Assembly: GCF_963921235.1 (NCBI RefSeq)
Contig: NC_086097.1
Coordinates: forward strand, 155,126,001 to 155,190,000
From: Mobula hypostoma
Lineage: Eukaryota
DNA length: 64,000 bases
Reading direction: 5' to 3'
The position numbers were made by a program, and so were the translations under genes. The notes beneath the pieces are model-generated. The model was given only the letters and a program-made list of their open reading frames with translations, did no database searches and was not told the origin of the DNA. Positions 25,426-39,090 of this stretch are shown here, one piece after another (position 1 is the first letter of the stretch; each line of letters opens with the position of its first letter).

Positions 25426-25864
25426 AAATAAGTAATGTAATACTGATGGAGAACTGACATGTGTGACATGCTTCCTGTAATTCATATGTACATATCTAAA
25501 GCAATGTTAAATAAAGTGAAAATTAAATATTAAATAAAGTGAATAAAAGCTTTAAAAATGTGCCAGAAATCTGAAAGAAAACAGAAAATACTGGAAAAAC
25601 TCAGCAGATCAGGCTGCATACGGAAAGAGAAACAGTTGCTGTTTCAGATCAGAAACCCTTTGTCAGATCTGGTAATCTTGGTGACAGAGAAAATGGGGGA
25701 GAGGGAGGCAGGCAATGCATGCAACAAAGGGAATTTCCTGGCAAGAAGACCATGAGGACTGAAAGAAGGTAGAGGAGGTGTACACAGAAGGAGATGAATG
25801 CTTCTGGTAGTAATGACATTGGTTAATTTAAGAAGCAATATTAGTTGACGGGAAGTAAACATTT

Positions 25865-26225
25865 AAGACCATAAGATATAGGAGCAGAAGTAGGCCACTC
25901 GGCCCATTGAGTCTGCTCCACCATTCAATCATGGGCTGACCCAATTCTTCCAGTCATCCCCACTCCTCTGCCTTCGCTCCATACCCTTTTATGCCCTGGC
26001 TAATCAAGAACCTATCTATCTCTGCCTTAAATGCACCCAATGACTTGGCCTCCACAGCCGCTCGTAGCAACAAATTCCACATATTTACCATCCTCTGACT
26101 GAAGTACTTTCTCTGCATCTCAGTTCTAAGTGGACGTCCTTCAATACTGAAGTTGTGCCCTCTTGTCCTAGAATCCCCATACCATGGGAAATAACTTTGC
26201 CATATCTAATGTGTACAGGCCTTTG
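25865..26225 (-). mobile_element. CR1 3' fragment
   Basis: Closely matches the reverse complement of 6935-7298. Confidence 0.88.
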
Positions 26226-27114
26226 AAATCCTGAACTCAGACTCAACAGTATTTAAAGTCATTTATTTATTTACCTATCGATCTATTTGGGCTCTTCCAG
26301 CCCTTTGTCCCATGATTCAGCCAGTGTTGCTGAATCATGGGACAATTTACAATGAGTAATGAACCTACTGGTGTTTTGTTTGGACTAAATGGTAATTATA
26401 AAATATGCAGATGTTTGGTATTGGTACTGAAGGGTGGTCCTGTGCTGCCAGTTGCCTTTAACTGTCGTTCTTTGTCGATTCTGATTTCTATTTCTTTGGT
26501 GGCTTATACAGAGACCAATGTGAGCTTGAAAACAGTATCCCCACGTTCAACCAGGTATATTACAACCTCAGAGCTCAACGCTGAATTTAACTATTTCAGA
26601 TAATAGACTTTTCAGACTGTGTTGAGACTAGTTGGTTCTGATGAAAAATCATGAAACTAATATTAATTAAGTTTTTCTCTTTCTACAAGTGCTTACCTGA
26701 CCTGCTGGGTATTACATATTTCTAGCAGCTACAGTGTTCTGTCATCATAGTTCCAACAGTTGTTCCCCACCCCCCATCATGATTACTCTTTATTCGACAG
26801 GTTGGTAGCAACCAACAGAGCTACACCATCTTCTCTGATTCATGGCCCTCTGGATCATTCAGTCTCACTTCACCTTCATCCTGTTATAGTGAACTTATTG
26901 TTTATTCCATCCCTCTCCTATGGAAATTAAACTTCTTTTGTTACGCTAATGGGAAAAAAACATTAGTTTGAAAAAATACCTATATTTTGTTTTCCATAGA
27001 TGCTGTGTACTTGCTGAATATTGCTCGCATTCTGTTTTCAATCTAATCTCTAACTTGAATTGTAAAACGAAATAGCTGCACCATCTTCAATATGTTTTAA
27101 CTTAGATGAGATCT

Positions 27115-27420
27115 TTATTTATTTATTTATTTAGTGAAACAGCAAGCCCCCTAGGTTCTTCAAGCCACACCATCCCAGAACCTCCATGAGACCCGATTAA
27201 CCCTAACCTAGTCATGAGACAATTTACAATGACCGATTAAGTTACCAGGTATGTCTTTGAGCTGTGGGAGGAAACCGGAGCACTTGGGGAAAACTCATGC
27301 ATGTCACGGGGAGAGTGTACAGAGGTTCCTTACTGAACGACACCGGACTTGACCTCTGGACTTGGAAACATCCTGAGCTGTAATAGCGTTGCACTTACCA
27401 CTATGCTACCACGGCACCCT
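27115..27420 (-). mobile_element. V-SINE
   Basis: Minus strand begins GGGTGCCGTGGTAGCATAGTGG; CTCCGGTTTCCTCCCACAG core; (AAAT)n tail. Confidence 0.75.
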
Positions 27421-27519
27421 TACTGGCTTCTTGCATTTGTTAAACTAGCTGGTTACCCATTGGTCCTCCAGTGCTAAATTATAGAAAGGGTGATCGTGGA
27501 AAATAGCAACTGATATTGG

Positions 27520-27890
27520 GATTGGCGTTGATGTATTATTGTTGTGATGTGCACAGAGGAACAGCGAAAAACTTTGTGTTTTGCATGTCATCAATTCAGA
27601 TCATTTGATTACAGCAGTGCATTGAAGTAGTACAAAGGAAAACAGTAAAGAATGCGGAATACGATGTTATAGAGAAAGTGCAGTGCAGGTGGATAATAAG
27701 GTGTACGTTCATAACGAAGTAGACTGTGAGGTCACAAGTCCATCTTATCGTGTTAGGGGACTGTTCAATAGTTTTATATATGTTTTGTCATTTCTGTCCA
27801 ATGGGAGGGTAGAGAAGAAAGAATTCCAGGAATAAGTGAGGTCTTTGATTATGTTGGCTGCTTACCAAGGTAGCAAGAAATGTAGATAGT
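27520..27890 (-). mobile_element. Old Rex1-type 3' fragment
   Basis: Resembles the other Rex1-type 3' UTRs in the window (TTTATT start, CAGTGAAAA-like and GTTCAATAG motifs). Confidence 0.45.
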
Positions 27891-28619
27891 TCATTATCAG
27901 TCCTGTCAAAATGCGAGGCACATGACAAATTAGTATAATATTATGCATTCTTGCTGTGCTAACAATAATATGAAATCCATCTTGCTTACAATGCAGACCA
28001 ATTGGATGGATATAACTTTTGTGCTGTCGGCTCCTGAAGGAATTCTGAACTGGATTGACACTTCTTGCCCTCTTAAGGCAGTGTCAAGGAAAGTATAACG
28101 TCTGCTGAATTCTAAAAACATCAGTCTGAGGTTTGCTCAAGAATAGCAAGGGTAAATTTAGTGTTGGTAAATTGAACATAAGGAAATTGGAAAGATACTG
28201 TATTTTGTAATCCAAACAATTTTTGATTTCATTATTTGATTGGGCCCATGACCTTTTAACCTTAGCACCATAAGCAGAATGCATTGCTCACTTGGTAATA
28301 AAAAGTTTTCAATAATAAATCTAATTCTAATATTGTAAATGTACATGGGCATGGTTTGCCGGTGTCCAAAACAATGAACATAGAAAATTACCTTTCGGTC
28401 AGTGCATGCCAACTTTGTTAGTGGGAGTTCTCGGTGCATGGGCTCCATGATCTCGATCTGTACAGTTCAATGCTATAATTGCATTAGCAGAGATAATGCT
28501 GTGACATCAATGGCACTACATCAGAAATACAGTAAGCTACTCATATTTTATATCGCATTGTATTCATGTCATCTTTTCTAAACTTCATTGACATTCAGTA
28601 TCACCCTTCTGAAGCCTAA

Positions 28620-28950
28620 TCTTCTTTGAAGTGTAAGAAAATGAAAGCCAAATTACTCACAGCAATGTTCCACAAACCAAAGTGTGATAATGACCAGATC
28701 ACAAACAAGAAAATCTGCAGATGCTGGAAATCCAAGCAACACACATAGTATGCTGGAGGAACTCAGTAGACCAGGCAGCATCTATGGAAAAAAGTAAACT
28801 GTCGACGTTTCAGGCCAAAACCCTTCAGCAGGACTGATAATGACCAGATGTCTGTTTTAGAAATACTGACTGAAGAGTGAATATTGGCCAGGACACTTTG
28901 AAGCAATACAGTACATAAAATCCAAGAAGGTCATTTTTACTTGTGGTGAA
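28620..28950 (-). mobile_element. Ancient Deu-domain SINE (SacSINE1/AmnSINE1-like) split by a Penelope repeat
   Basis: CACAGCAATGTTCCACAAAC...GTGATAATGACCAGAT...CTGTTTTAG...AATATTGGCCAGGACAC recalled as the Deu core. Confidence 0.6.
28700..28834 (-). mobile_element. 135-bp Penelope terminal-repeat insertion
   Basis: 15-bp TSD TGATAATGACCAGAT at 28685-28699 and 28835-28849. Confidence 0.88.
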
Positions 28951-29961
28951 ACATTCTGACATTTTTGTGAGTCCCCTGGAGGTCACAAACTCCTGATGCA
29001 AGTCTTCCATGACAATGTTGTTGGTTCCCTGGTGGCAGTTGCATTGTATGCTATTTTATTGATCAATTGTGAGATTTCATGGCTGGTATTATAGTTGCCT
29101 TGCAGGTGTGACCTTGGGAGGAAATCCTTAAGGGTTTGTGTTGTACATACTAAACAAGTAGCACTGCTCACTCTACAGGCTTCAAGAATAGATGCCACAA
29201 TGATAGGAAAGAGGAAAAGAGTTCTTCCAGGGAGAGGCAAGTTGATTGAGACCATTACCTGCAAGAAGCAATGTCTTTGGCTACCAGGCAGAGATTGCAG
29301 CAGTAATACTACTTACAAATGGAATCTATGAATGGCCTATTTAAGGGAGCTTGCAATACAGAATAAAATGAATCTATTTACCTCAGTGGGCTGTGATGCA
29401 CTCTGCTTGTCCCTCTGGCACCATTCCAGCATCGGATATGAAAGCAACAGAGAAAATACCCATTGAAAGTCAGTTTTCGATGCAGAAAAGTCAATGACGA
29501 TCAGCCCTAAGTGTAAGAAACACACTGAATAAGAGTGAGACTCCAGAGTGCAATGGTCAACCATATTAGTAATACTGTACCTGCATGTGGACTAGCCCAC
29601 ATATGTCCCATTACAGGATTGAGAAAAATAGCTATTCTGTGAATAAGCCACAATTGTCATTTATTAGACCAGTCAGGTTGAAAATCTGAGTGGTTGAATA
29701 TTGATTGATGAATATTTCTGAATATTGGTGATGAACATTGATCATTGCACTTTTGATGGCGTCAACTGAGAAACTTCATGACTGAACCTCGAGTGCTGGA
29801 AATCATTGTCTGTATTTTGTCCAGAAGTTAATTAGCCTGTAAATAGGCAGAGTTTTGCTCTATTCAAGGACAAACGTATCTTCATTTTCAAAGTACTATT
29901 AGCTTCACTGCAGTGGGAAGGAATTTCTAACCTGGGACTTCCATACCATTCAAGAAAACAA

Positions 29962-31320
29962 CACAAACATGAAAAAAAATCTACAACTGCTGGGAATCCA
30001 AAGCAACTCACACAAAATGCTGGCGGACTCAGCAGACCAGGCAGCATCTAGCGAAAAAGTAAAGAGTCGGTGTTTCAGCCCAAGACCCTTCTTCAGGACT
30101 GAGAGGGAAGGGAGGAGATGTCTGAATTTAAAGGTGGGGGTTAGATGAAAGGGGCTAGCTGGAAGGTGATAGATAAAGTTGGGTGGGAGGGAAAAGACAA
30201 GGGCTGAAGAAGAAACCCCTGATAGGAGAGGAGAGTGGACAATAGAAAAGGGAGAATGAGGAGACCCAGGGGAAGCAACAGGCAAGTGAGAAGAAACAAA
30301 AGATCAGAGTGGGGAATAGAGGAGTCACAGTTGCGGGGGGGGGGGGGTCTTTGTTCACCAGAGGAGAAATCAACGTTCATACCATCAGGCTGGAGGATAC
30401 CCCAATGGAATATAAGATGATGGTTCTCATGCCAACAGTGGCCCATCTTGAAGAGACCATGGAGGGAGTAAGATATGGCCCTTGTGGCTAAAGGGATCAG
30501 GGAGTATGGAGGGAAGGCTGGTACAGGGTTCTGAGTTGGATGATCAGCCATGATCATACTGAATAGCGGTGCAGGCTCGAAGGGCCGAATGGCCTACTCC
30601 TGCACATATTTTCTATATTTCTATGTTTCTATCAACATGTTGGAAAGGGAATGGGAATGAGGATTAAAATATTTGGCCACTGCGAAATCCCGCTTGTGAT
30701 GGATGGTGCGGCGATACTCAATGAAGCAGTCCCCCAATTTATGACAGGTCTCACCAACGTAGAGGAGGCTGCATCAGGAGCGCCGGACGCAATAGACAAC
30801 CCCAGCAGATATGCAGGTGAGGTGTTGCCTCACCTGGAAGGATTGTTTGTGGACCTGAATGGAGGTGATGGAGGAGGTGTACGGGCAGATGTAGCACTTA
30901 TGCCACTTGCAGGATTAGGTGCCAGGAGGGATGAATGGGCAAGGGAATCGCAGAGGGAACAATCCCTGTGGAAAGCAGAAGGGAAGGAGGAAAAGATATG
31001 TTTAGTGGTATGGTCCCTTTGAAGATAGCGGATGTTGTGGAGGATAATGTGTTGGATATGAAGGCTGAATTGTAGGTAAGGACTAAAGGGACTCTATCAC
31101 TAATATGACAGTGGGGAGATGGGCTAAGCGCTAAAGTATGGAAATGGCTGCGATGCAGCGAGGACACAATCAATTATAGAGGGAGGAAGACCACATTCTT
31201 CAAAGAATTAGGACATTTTTGATCCTCAGGAATGGAAAGCAGCATCTGGAAAGTAGATGAGGTGGAGGTGAAGAAACTGACAAAAGGAAATGAAACTTGT
31301 TTCAATGGCTCATCTGAAAG
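29962..31320 (-). mobile_element. Penelope-like element relic (GIY-YIG endonuclease region and terminal repeat)
   Basis: Minus strand 30720-30803 gives GVVYCVRRS*CSLLYVGETCHKLGDCF; DRVPLVLTYN and LQPDGMNVDFS motifs. Confidence 0.85.
30466..30631 (+). mobile_element. CR1 3' tail inserted in the Penelope element
   Basis: GGCTCGAAGGGCCGAATGGCCTACTCCTGC followed by (TTTCTATG)n. Confidence 0.85.
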
Positions 31321-31361
31321 GCAAGACTTCACTGGTGTGGTAGTGCCTTGGGACTACTCTC

Positions 31362-31690
31362 AATCATAGAATTATAGAATCCCAGAGCACGACAATGCAG
31401 AAATAGCCCTTTGACACATTTAGTCCATGCTGACCTGATGTTCTGCCAAGTTCCATCTACCTGCACCCAGACGATAGGCTTACAAACCCTTCTCATCCAT
31501 GTACCTATGTAACTTCTCATAAACGTTACAATTGAACACGCATCTGCAACTTCACACTCGCACAGTGAAGAAATTGTCACTCAGGTTCCTTTGCATATTC
31601 CAGCTTTCACCCAAAACCTACGATGTCTAGTTTTAGTCTCAGCGAACCTGAGGGGAAAAGCCTACATTCACTCCATCTATACACTTCATA
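31362..31690 (-). mobile_element. CR1 3' fragment
   Basis: Similar to 12245-12580. Confidence 0.75.
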
Positions 31691-33479
31691 ATGTTAAATA
31701 CCTCGATAACACTTCCCCTCCATCAATACAATATGTTTTGTTGTCATTGAAAACAAAAATATTTGAGAAAAAATAATCCATTGAGCCGACTGATAGTGTG
31801 TAGAAATGTGCAGCATCTTTGGGATTTGGGAAGGAACGGTTCAAAGGTTCATCTGACCAACAGAAAATGTTGGGGGGGGGGAAGATGTGATGAATATGCC
31901 AGTATAAATGTGATGGAAGTGAACGGCTTCCCTCTATTTCACAAGAAAATGTGAGAAAGCTGGCATTGGTAAAAACCTTTATGCTCCAGATAATGAAGTA
32001 AAGTACAATCATCATTATGGTTTAAGAAGAATATGGTAGGTTGGTGTAAGGAAAAGGCAATCATAATACTGAACCAACTCCCTGGCTAAGATCAACCGTA
32101 CAGTACAGGCCCATAGTCAAGCTAAACCAAATAACTCATTTCCACATTGCATGGTCTACTGAACAGCTCAGTCACTGGGGAATCTGATCGGCAGGTCCTC
32201 TTCGCAGCTTGTGACGGAAGCAGCTTTTCTTGAACATGTTTTTTAATTATCCAAAAGAAATATTTATGCATGAAGATGGTTGCCTGCGGAAATTCTGCCA
32301 GTCCCCATCCTCCAACAATTACCATGTTTTACATTCAATACCAGTATGAACAAACTGTGATATATTCCTATGAGGAACTTCAATTATTTCAGGCAAGATC
32401 AGGAGCTAACTACTTGGGCAACATGGAGCGATCTGCAGGAAGCATTTACTGGATAGAGTCATCCTCGCTGCTGTTTGATGGTGAGCCATTACGTGAGATT
32501 CAGCAAGTGCCAATGAACAGACAGAGGAAAGTGCAGATCCTACTGCTCGGTGGAAGGTGACATGAGAAATGACTGTGATGCGTGAACAGATGTGAAGTCA
32601 GGAAGCTTTTATACTTTCTCCTTTTCCTTTGCAGCTGTCAGTTCCATTGACAAGTTCACATTGGAAAAGCAGCACTTTCACCCTTTTCTTAAAATAGCTA
32701 AACCCATTCCTTCAAAGTGACATAATGTTTTCAACTCTTGCACTGAACGATTAATTCTGATAATGGCAGAGCGTCCGCTGGGATCATTGAAGCCTGACAC
32801 TGCCATGTAGTACTTTTATTAATATGGCATCAGCTGTTTGTTTATTCTTTATTATCTCATTACACAAATATTTCCTGCTCCTTCACCGAAGAAAGTAGGG
32901 ATAGACCAGATTATATCTTTGGTTTAATTTTCACTTCTTTTGTCTGCAGTTAACAGATTAAAGCCTCAAAATGGAGGCATCAGCATGACAAACCATGATC
33001 ACGAGGGATGCAGCCTGCTCCATTGTGAAAGGGGACAACCGTCAAGACTCCAAATCATGAGGCTCTTTCAGCTGATATAGCTCTTTTAGTATAAAAAAAT
33101 TGGGTACTAGTGCATGACCGCCTAAGAAGTTCCAGAAGGATTAAATAGAATTGCCTGAGGCTTTTGCTGTCATTCAGTGCTTCCCAACAAAATAAAAGAA
33201 GCTGAAAATCTGAAAATGAGCAGAGGATGCTGAAAACACATTTTTGTCATTTGTGTCTTTAAGTTATTACCACTTCGTGCATTGCACAAAATTGCTGCAG
33301 CAAATCTCTGGCTCAGTGGAATAAGAAAATTGTAGTTTCAAACTTTATTCCAAGGCAGAAAGGAATTAAAGAACTTCATATCGGTTGTGGGTGAGAGGCA
33401 CGAGTTAGTTGGCAATGTCACAATGTACCAATAGGACCTCATAGCAATAAGAAAATTTGTCCTACAATTCTCATCCTGG

Positions 33480-33677
33480 TACCACAATATAAAACCTGAT
33501 TAACCATAGTGTAATATTCTGATTCCCACAGTATGAACTCTGTTCACCAGAAGGTACCCTCTGATTCACCACCGTAACATCTGATTCACCACAGTGTAGT
33601 CTCTGATCCATCACAGTATAACCTCTGATTCGCTGTCGTGGAATACCTGATTCACCATAGTATAATATCTGATTTAC
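33480..33677. repeat. Degenerate minisatellite, unit about 22 bp, about 9 copies
   Basis: Consensus approximately CTCTGATTCACCACAGTATAAC. Confidence 0.85.
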
Positions 33678-35789
33678 GACAAATCGTGCAACAGGAAATC
33701 CAATTTCAACATAAAGATATTAATCACATGGCTTTGAAGAGATGAATTTATTTGGGTGAACAAGTCAGATGTTTCCAATATTAATTTAAACTCAATATCT
33801 GCCGCATTTTAAATGACATGAAAAAGCTCAAAAATGCAATCAGTCATTGCTGCAGGTGTTGGACATCAGGGAGGTCAGTTAAATGAAGTACAAATTGAGG
33901 TCTAATCAACAAATTAATTTAATTTACTTGTTTAAGGGATGCACACATTGCTGTAAAAGCAGACAATCATTGCCCAATCTTGATTGTCTACTTGATTATT
34001 TCAGACGGTGACTTAGAGCCAATCAAATTAGTGAATCAAAGTCAGTTATAGACTAGAACAGGTAGAATGGCATATCCCATTTCTCAAAGGAGATCAGTGA
34101 ACCACATGAGTATTTGAGTTCATGCATTAATGAATGTTGTACTGTGAGCATTTTGCCATAACCAGAAGATGGAGGAGTCACCAAAATAAATTTTCAGACA
34201 TCCTTACTTAAAAAAATCATAACCTTTTTTAAAATTATATGCTTGAGAGCACAAACCACATATGGAGGCCAGTGGCAGAAGATACCTGTGCTGTGAATGT
34301 GTGACCCACAGCACTTCTCAGAACTTCAGGACTTCTACCCTCACTCAAGAGTTCCCAAAGTCTGCATGACAATTAATCATTCCAAACAGAACTGTTGTTT
34401 TTGTTATGAAGAAGGCTCCATTGCAGAAAGAACAGCACAAGGTCTCTTTCAGAAAAGTATTGGATGACAATTAATTTTTTTTTATTTTGATGACGATGCT
34501 TATCAGAGAGACAGATTTGTGAAATTAGACCTATTAACTTCTTTTGTTTTGAAGGATCCAGCTGCAGGAATAAATTAATGGCCAGAGCAAGAACTCTTGC
34601 TGAATCCTCTACCATTTTGTAGCCAATCAGAGATGCTGTGTAACTCTATTCAGTTCTCTATCGGAGACATATCTTTCCACTGTGTAAGAGCTGAACTTGT
34701 CATTGTGCTGTTGAGGTTGATAGTCTATACACCATCAGTGACAATGTCTCAGTTGCTCTTTACTTCATTTGAGAGGAGAATGATCTCCCAGAGATCTGTT
34801 AGAGCTCACTGAATTATTTTATTGCTGAACAAAAGCAGGCTTCAGAATAGCATTTGAGAAATTTGGCTCCATTTCAGTGTTCCATTGCTTAGCTTTCACA
34901 ATTCAATTAGGGGCCTATGATAGCAATTTACCATTCTCTGATGGGATTATCTAATCACAAGTTCTATATATGATTGATAACCTATTTAGATACAACAAAA
35001 AGGTCCTGACATTGGAAAATTTTAGAAGCAATTGAAGTTTAGTACCACATGAATGCTGTAGTACAAGTTGCTGAAACAACTACTAAGTGCCAAATCAAGG
35101 TAAAACTCTTCTCTATCAAGAGTTTCTTGAGGACAGGACAGGCTGCTTTCAGTAGTAATTAGACATTCTGTGTCCTAAATATTTACTGGATATACTTGTA
35201 ATCCCACCAAAGATTAATTATTTTGGATATAAATTAAAGCAGAGCTGAATTAACTGATATTTAATTAATAGTCTAGCAAATGAATCCAGTAAGCAGTTGA
35301 GTCATTTAAACCAGGAAGGTCTCTACTAATTTCTACTGGAGAAGAACACTTAACCAATAAATCAGTGAGATTTAGAGAAATTAGTAAGACATTCAAAATT
35401 TGTACTCTGTGTAGCTTGACTGGTTAGTTGCTACCATTTGAAGTAGTTCATAAGGTGTTTTTTTATTGCCCACAGCAATGGTCATTCTGAGACCAAATTT
35501 TGTTGCATTTTATATTGATATTCAGTGGAGCACAATAGTTAAAGTTTTATGACTTAAACAGAGGCCTGTAAAAAGAGTACACACATCAACAAAGATAGCT
35601 TTTCAAATTGTAACAAAGTGTGGATAAAGCTGAAAGAAATAGGACTCCATCATTTAATTTGGAGCATGTTAAATTTCTCTGGCTGAGAAATCCAATTAGA
35701 GACTAAAATGAAGATATTAATGAATATGAACAGTGATACACAAGTAAAGTAAGTACAAGTAGACAGATAGGGAAAGAACAGCTCTTCTT

Positions 35790-37690
35790 TGAGACCAAAG
35801 GAGTAAATGATATGTGGAGACAGGGAATTTGGATGAAATCCAAACTGAATACTTCTCATCAATCACCAAAAAAGAAGGATGTGGAAGCCGTTGCCTTGGG
35901 AAGGTGTATATTTATGTATATCCTAGAGCATGTCAGTATTAAGTAGATAAATATGTATTAGGTGTCAGGGAAAATTTCAATGGGAAAAATTCAATGTTAG
36001 ATGAGAGGTACCGTATCTCAGAAAGTTAAGGCACATAAGGTCCAAAGTGAATGGCTATTTTGATCCAAATTTGATTTGGTAAGATGAGGCAGAAGTGGGG
36101 GTGGATGATTGCCGTTCCGATTGACTATGCATGATCAATGCTCTGCCACATGGATCAGTACATCCCAACTCCTATACTCATTACCCTGATTTATGAAGGG
36201 CCGTGTGCTGCAAGCTGTCATTATGACCCCGTCTACTGGTGATGCCATTTTCAAGGAATTATGGATCTGTGTTTGCAGGTCCCTTTGTTCTACCACACAG
36301 CTCTGTGTCCGACAGTTCACTGTATAAATCTTATCCAGGTTTGTTCTCCCAAAGTGCAACTCCTCACTTTTGTCTGAATTAAATTCCAGCCGACATTTTC
36401 CAGGTCGTTTTCTTAGCTGGTCCAGATTACTCTGCAAGCTTAGATAGCCTTCCTTGTTGTCCTCTATGCCCTTAGTCCTGGTATCACCTGCAATTTTGCT
36501 AATCGAGTTAGTATTAGTATTGATGACTCAGCAGCACACCACAAGTCACAGGTAAGATGACAAGTTGAGCACAACATTGGCAGATGGACTTTAATCTCAA
36601 CAAATGTGAGGTAATGCTTTTTGGGAAGTCAGATAAAGTTAGGACATTTGTAATAAATGGTAAGCACTAATGACTGTTGATGAACAGAAGGACCTTTTGT
36701 TCATGTCTATCATTCCCTGAGATTGGCAACACAAGTAGCCAAACCCTGCCTTCATAGGTTGGGGTATAGAATATAAGACTTGGAAATTCACTTTGCAACT
36801 TTACAAAGTACTTGTTAAGTTGGTTTAGAGTATAGTGTGTAGTTCTGGTTGTCACACTGTAGGATGAATGTGATCGGAAACACAGAAGACCTACAGCACA
36901 ATACAGGCCCTTCAGCCCACAATGCTGTGCCGAACATGTACTTACTTTAGAAATTACCTCGGGTTACCCATAGCTCTCTGTTTTTCTAAGCTCCATGTAC
37001 CTATCCAGGAGTATCGTTAAAGACCCTATCGTATCCACCTCCACCACCGTTGCCGACAGCCCTTCCCACGCACTCACCGCTCTCTGTGTAAAAAAAACTT
37101 ACCCCTGACATCTTCTCTGTACCTACTTCCAAGCACCTTAAAACTGTGCCCTCTCATGCTAGCCATTTCAGCCCTGGGAAAAAGCCCCTGACTATCCACA
37201 TGATCAATGCCTCTCATCCACTTATACACCACTATCAGGTCACCACTCATCCACCTGGTTGAGCTGATGAGAGTACAGAAGAGAATCACCATGATAGTGT
37301 TTGTATTTGATTTGTCTTCTTTGTAGTGAAGGGAGCCAAGGAGTCACCCGATAGGTATATATCAAATTATGAAAAGCCTTGATAGTATAGACTGTCAGAT
37401 TCATTCTCCCATGATAGGGCTATGAAAATAAGAGGCCATTGATTTATGGTGAGATGTGGAATAGATTTTCTCTTAAAAGGATCTAAGGGGAAAATTTACT
37501 ACACAGAGATTGAAATTCAGAGCGCCAGAACTTTCAGAGAAGGAGGTGGAATCAGGTGCTTTTAAATGTGGTTTTGGCTTTCACATGGCAAGACAGAGAA
37601 GGATATAGAAAATTGGAATGAGTGTAGAAATGTAAAAGTTTGGCTTGGGGGAAGGTGGGTTGAGAGGCCTGTTTCTGTGCTGTATGACTC
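35790..37690. mobile_element. Cluster of CR1 fragments in both orientations, with a younger minus-strand copy at about 36878-37250
   Basis: ORFs 36135-36437 (FNSDKSEELHFGRTN) and 37074-37292 (GDLIVVYK...RGHSFKVLG). Confidence 0.75.
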
Positions 37691-37944
37691 TGCATCTCTG
37701 TGCCTGGTCTGCAACCGTAGCCTTGGGCCTCATTAGATTTTCTGACTAATCACCAGTCATATCACAATCTAAGAAACACAGATGCTAGAAATCTGATCTA
37801 TAAATAGAAACTGCTGTGAACTCCAAGCAAGTCAGTCAGTATCTGCTTGTATGTCTTCAAGAATTCCTGGTAAAAGCACTCAAAATCTGAAAGAATGATT
37901 TTTCCTTGATTTTGTAGTGGGATCTTACAAATGGCAAAGGACTT

Positions 37945-38112
37945 AAACATAAGAGATTCTATAGATGCTGGAAATCTAGAGCAACGCACACACACACAAA
38001 ATGCTGGAGGAAGTCAGCAAGTTGGGCAATATCTTTAGAGGAGAGTAAACAGTTGACGTTTTGGGCAGAGACCTTTGATCAGGACTGGAAAGGAAAGGGG
38101 AAGAAGCCGGAA
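37945..38112 (-). mobile_element. Penelope terminal-repeat copy
   Basis: GATGCTGGAAATCTAGAGCAAC...CAAAATGCTGGAGGAA...GATCAGGACTGGAAAGG. Confidence 0.75.
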
Positions 38113-38364
38113 ACCATAATGGCAAAGAACATTATTATGATGAATCAGTTTCTTCATAGACTCACAAAATAACAGGTTCCCAAACACCCAAACTGTCTTT
38201 CAATTCTCAACACCTAACATGGAATGCTGATTTCTGGTTGCTTCTTGCCTCTTCGCCAGTTGTTTATCACATGCTATAAATTCTCAGAACTTTTATAGAG
38301 GACAATACTCACATGAGTCGTATAGATTAAAACCTATCAATTGAAATGGCTGGGGACAAAATTG

Positions 38365-39090
38365 AACTGAATTATTTTTTACATCCTTAACATACATGAG
38401 TAAAGATCTCTACATTATGTCCCCATCTAAATGTGCCGTCATAGTAATTTATAATAAATGGAACAGACAATGGAACACAGAGTACACTCAAGTCAGCGTG
38501 AGTTTATCAGTCTGATGGCCTGGAGGAAGAAGCTGGCCCAGAGCCGGTTGGTCCTGGCTTCATGCTGCGACACAGCTTCCCGGATGGTAGCAGCTGGAAT
38601 TGATTGTGGTTGGGATGGCTCGGGTCCCCAATGATCCTATGAGTCCTTTTTACACACCTGTCCTTGTAAATGTCCTGAATCATGGGAAGCTCATTACTAC
38701 AGATGCGCTGGGCTGTCCGCACCACCAGCTTTTGGAGGGACCGAGAGTCGGACTGTGGTCGGTGCTTCCAGGATGCTGCATCGGCAAGTTTGCGGCGCGG
38801 GAAGCTCACGGCAGGGAGAGCTTTCTTCCTTCTACCATCTTTGTGAGATGTTGGGGCTTTCGAGAGACTTTGAGACCTTTTTACCCTGCCCATGATCTGT
38901 TCTTCTATCAAATTACGGTATTGCTTGCACTGTTGTAACTATATTTTATAATTATGTGGTTTCTGTCAGTTTTTCAGTCTTGGTCTGTCTTGCGTATCTG
39001 TGATATCAGACTGGAGGAACATTGTATCATTTCTTAATGCATGCATTACTAAATGACAATAAAAGAGGATTGCGTGTCCTCATAATCTAC
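38365..39090. mobile_element. Head-to-head Rex1-type pieces (minus about 38365-38730; plus 3' tail about 38730-39090)
   Basis: Minus strand gives VVRTAQRI...IIGDPSHPNHNQFQLLPSGK; plus strand ends ACAATAAAAGAGGATTGCGTGTCCTCATAATCT. Confidence 0.7.

Noticed and set aside
26511..26553. Possible 43-nt micro-exon (TACAG...CAG/GTATAT)
   Set aside because: Weak donor, no recognisable peptide and no partner exons.
32270..32560. 96-aa ORF in unique DNA
   Set aside because: No recognisable domain; the length is compatible with chance.
33480..33677. CRISPR-like array
   Set aside because: Units are contiguous and mutually similar with no unique spacers; the context is eukaryotic and has no cas genes.
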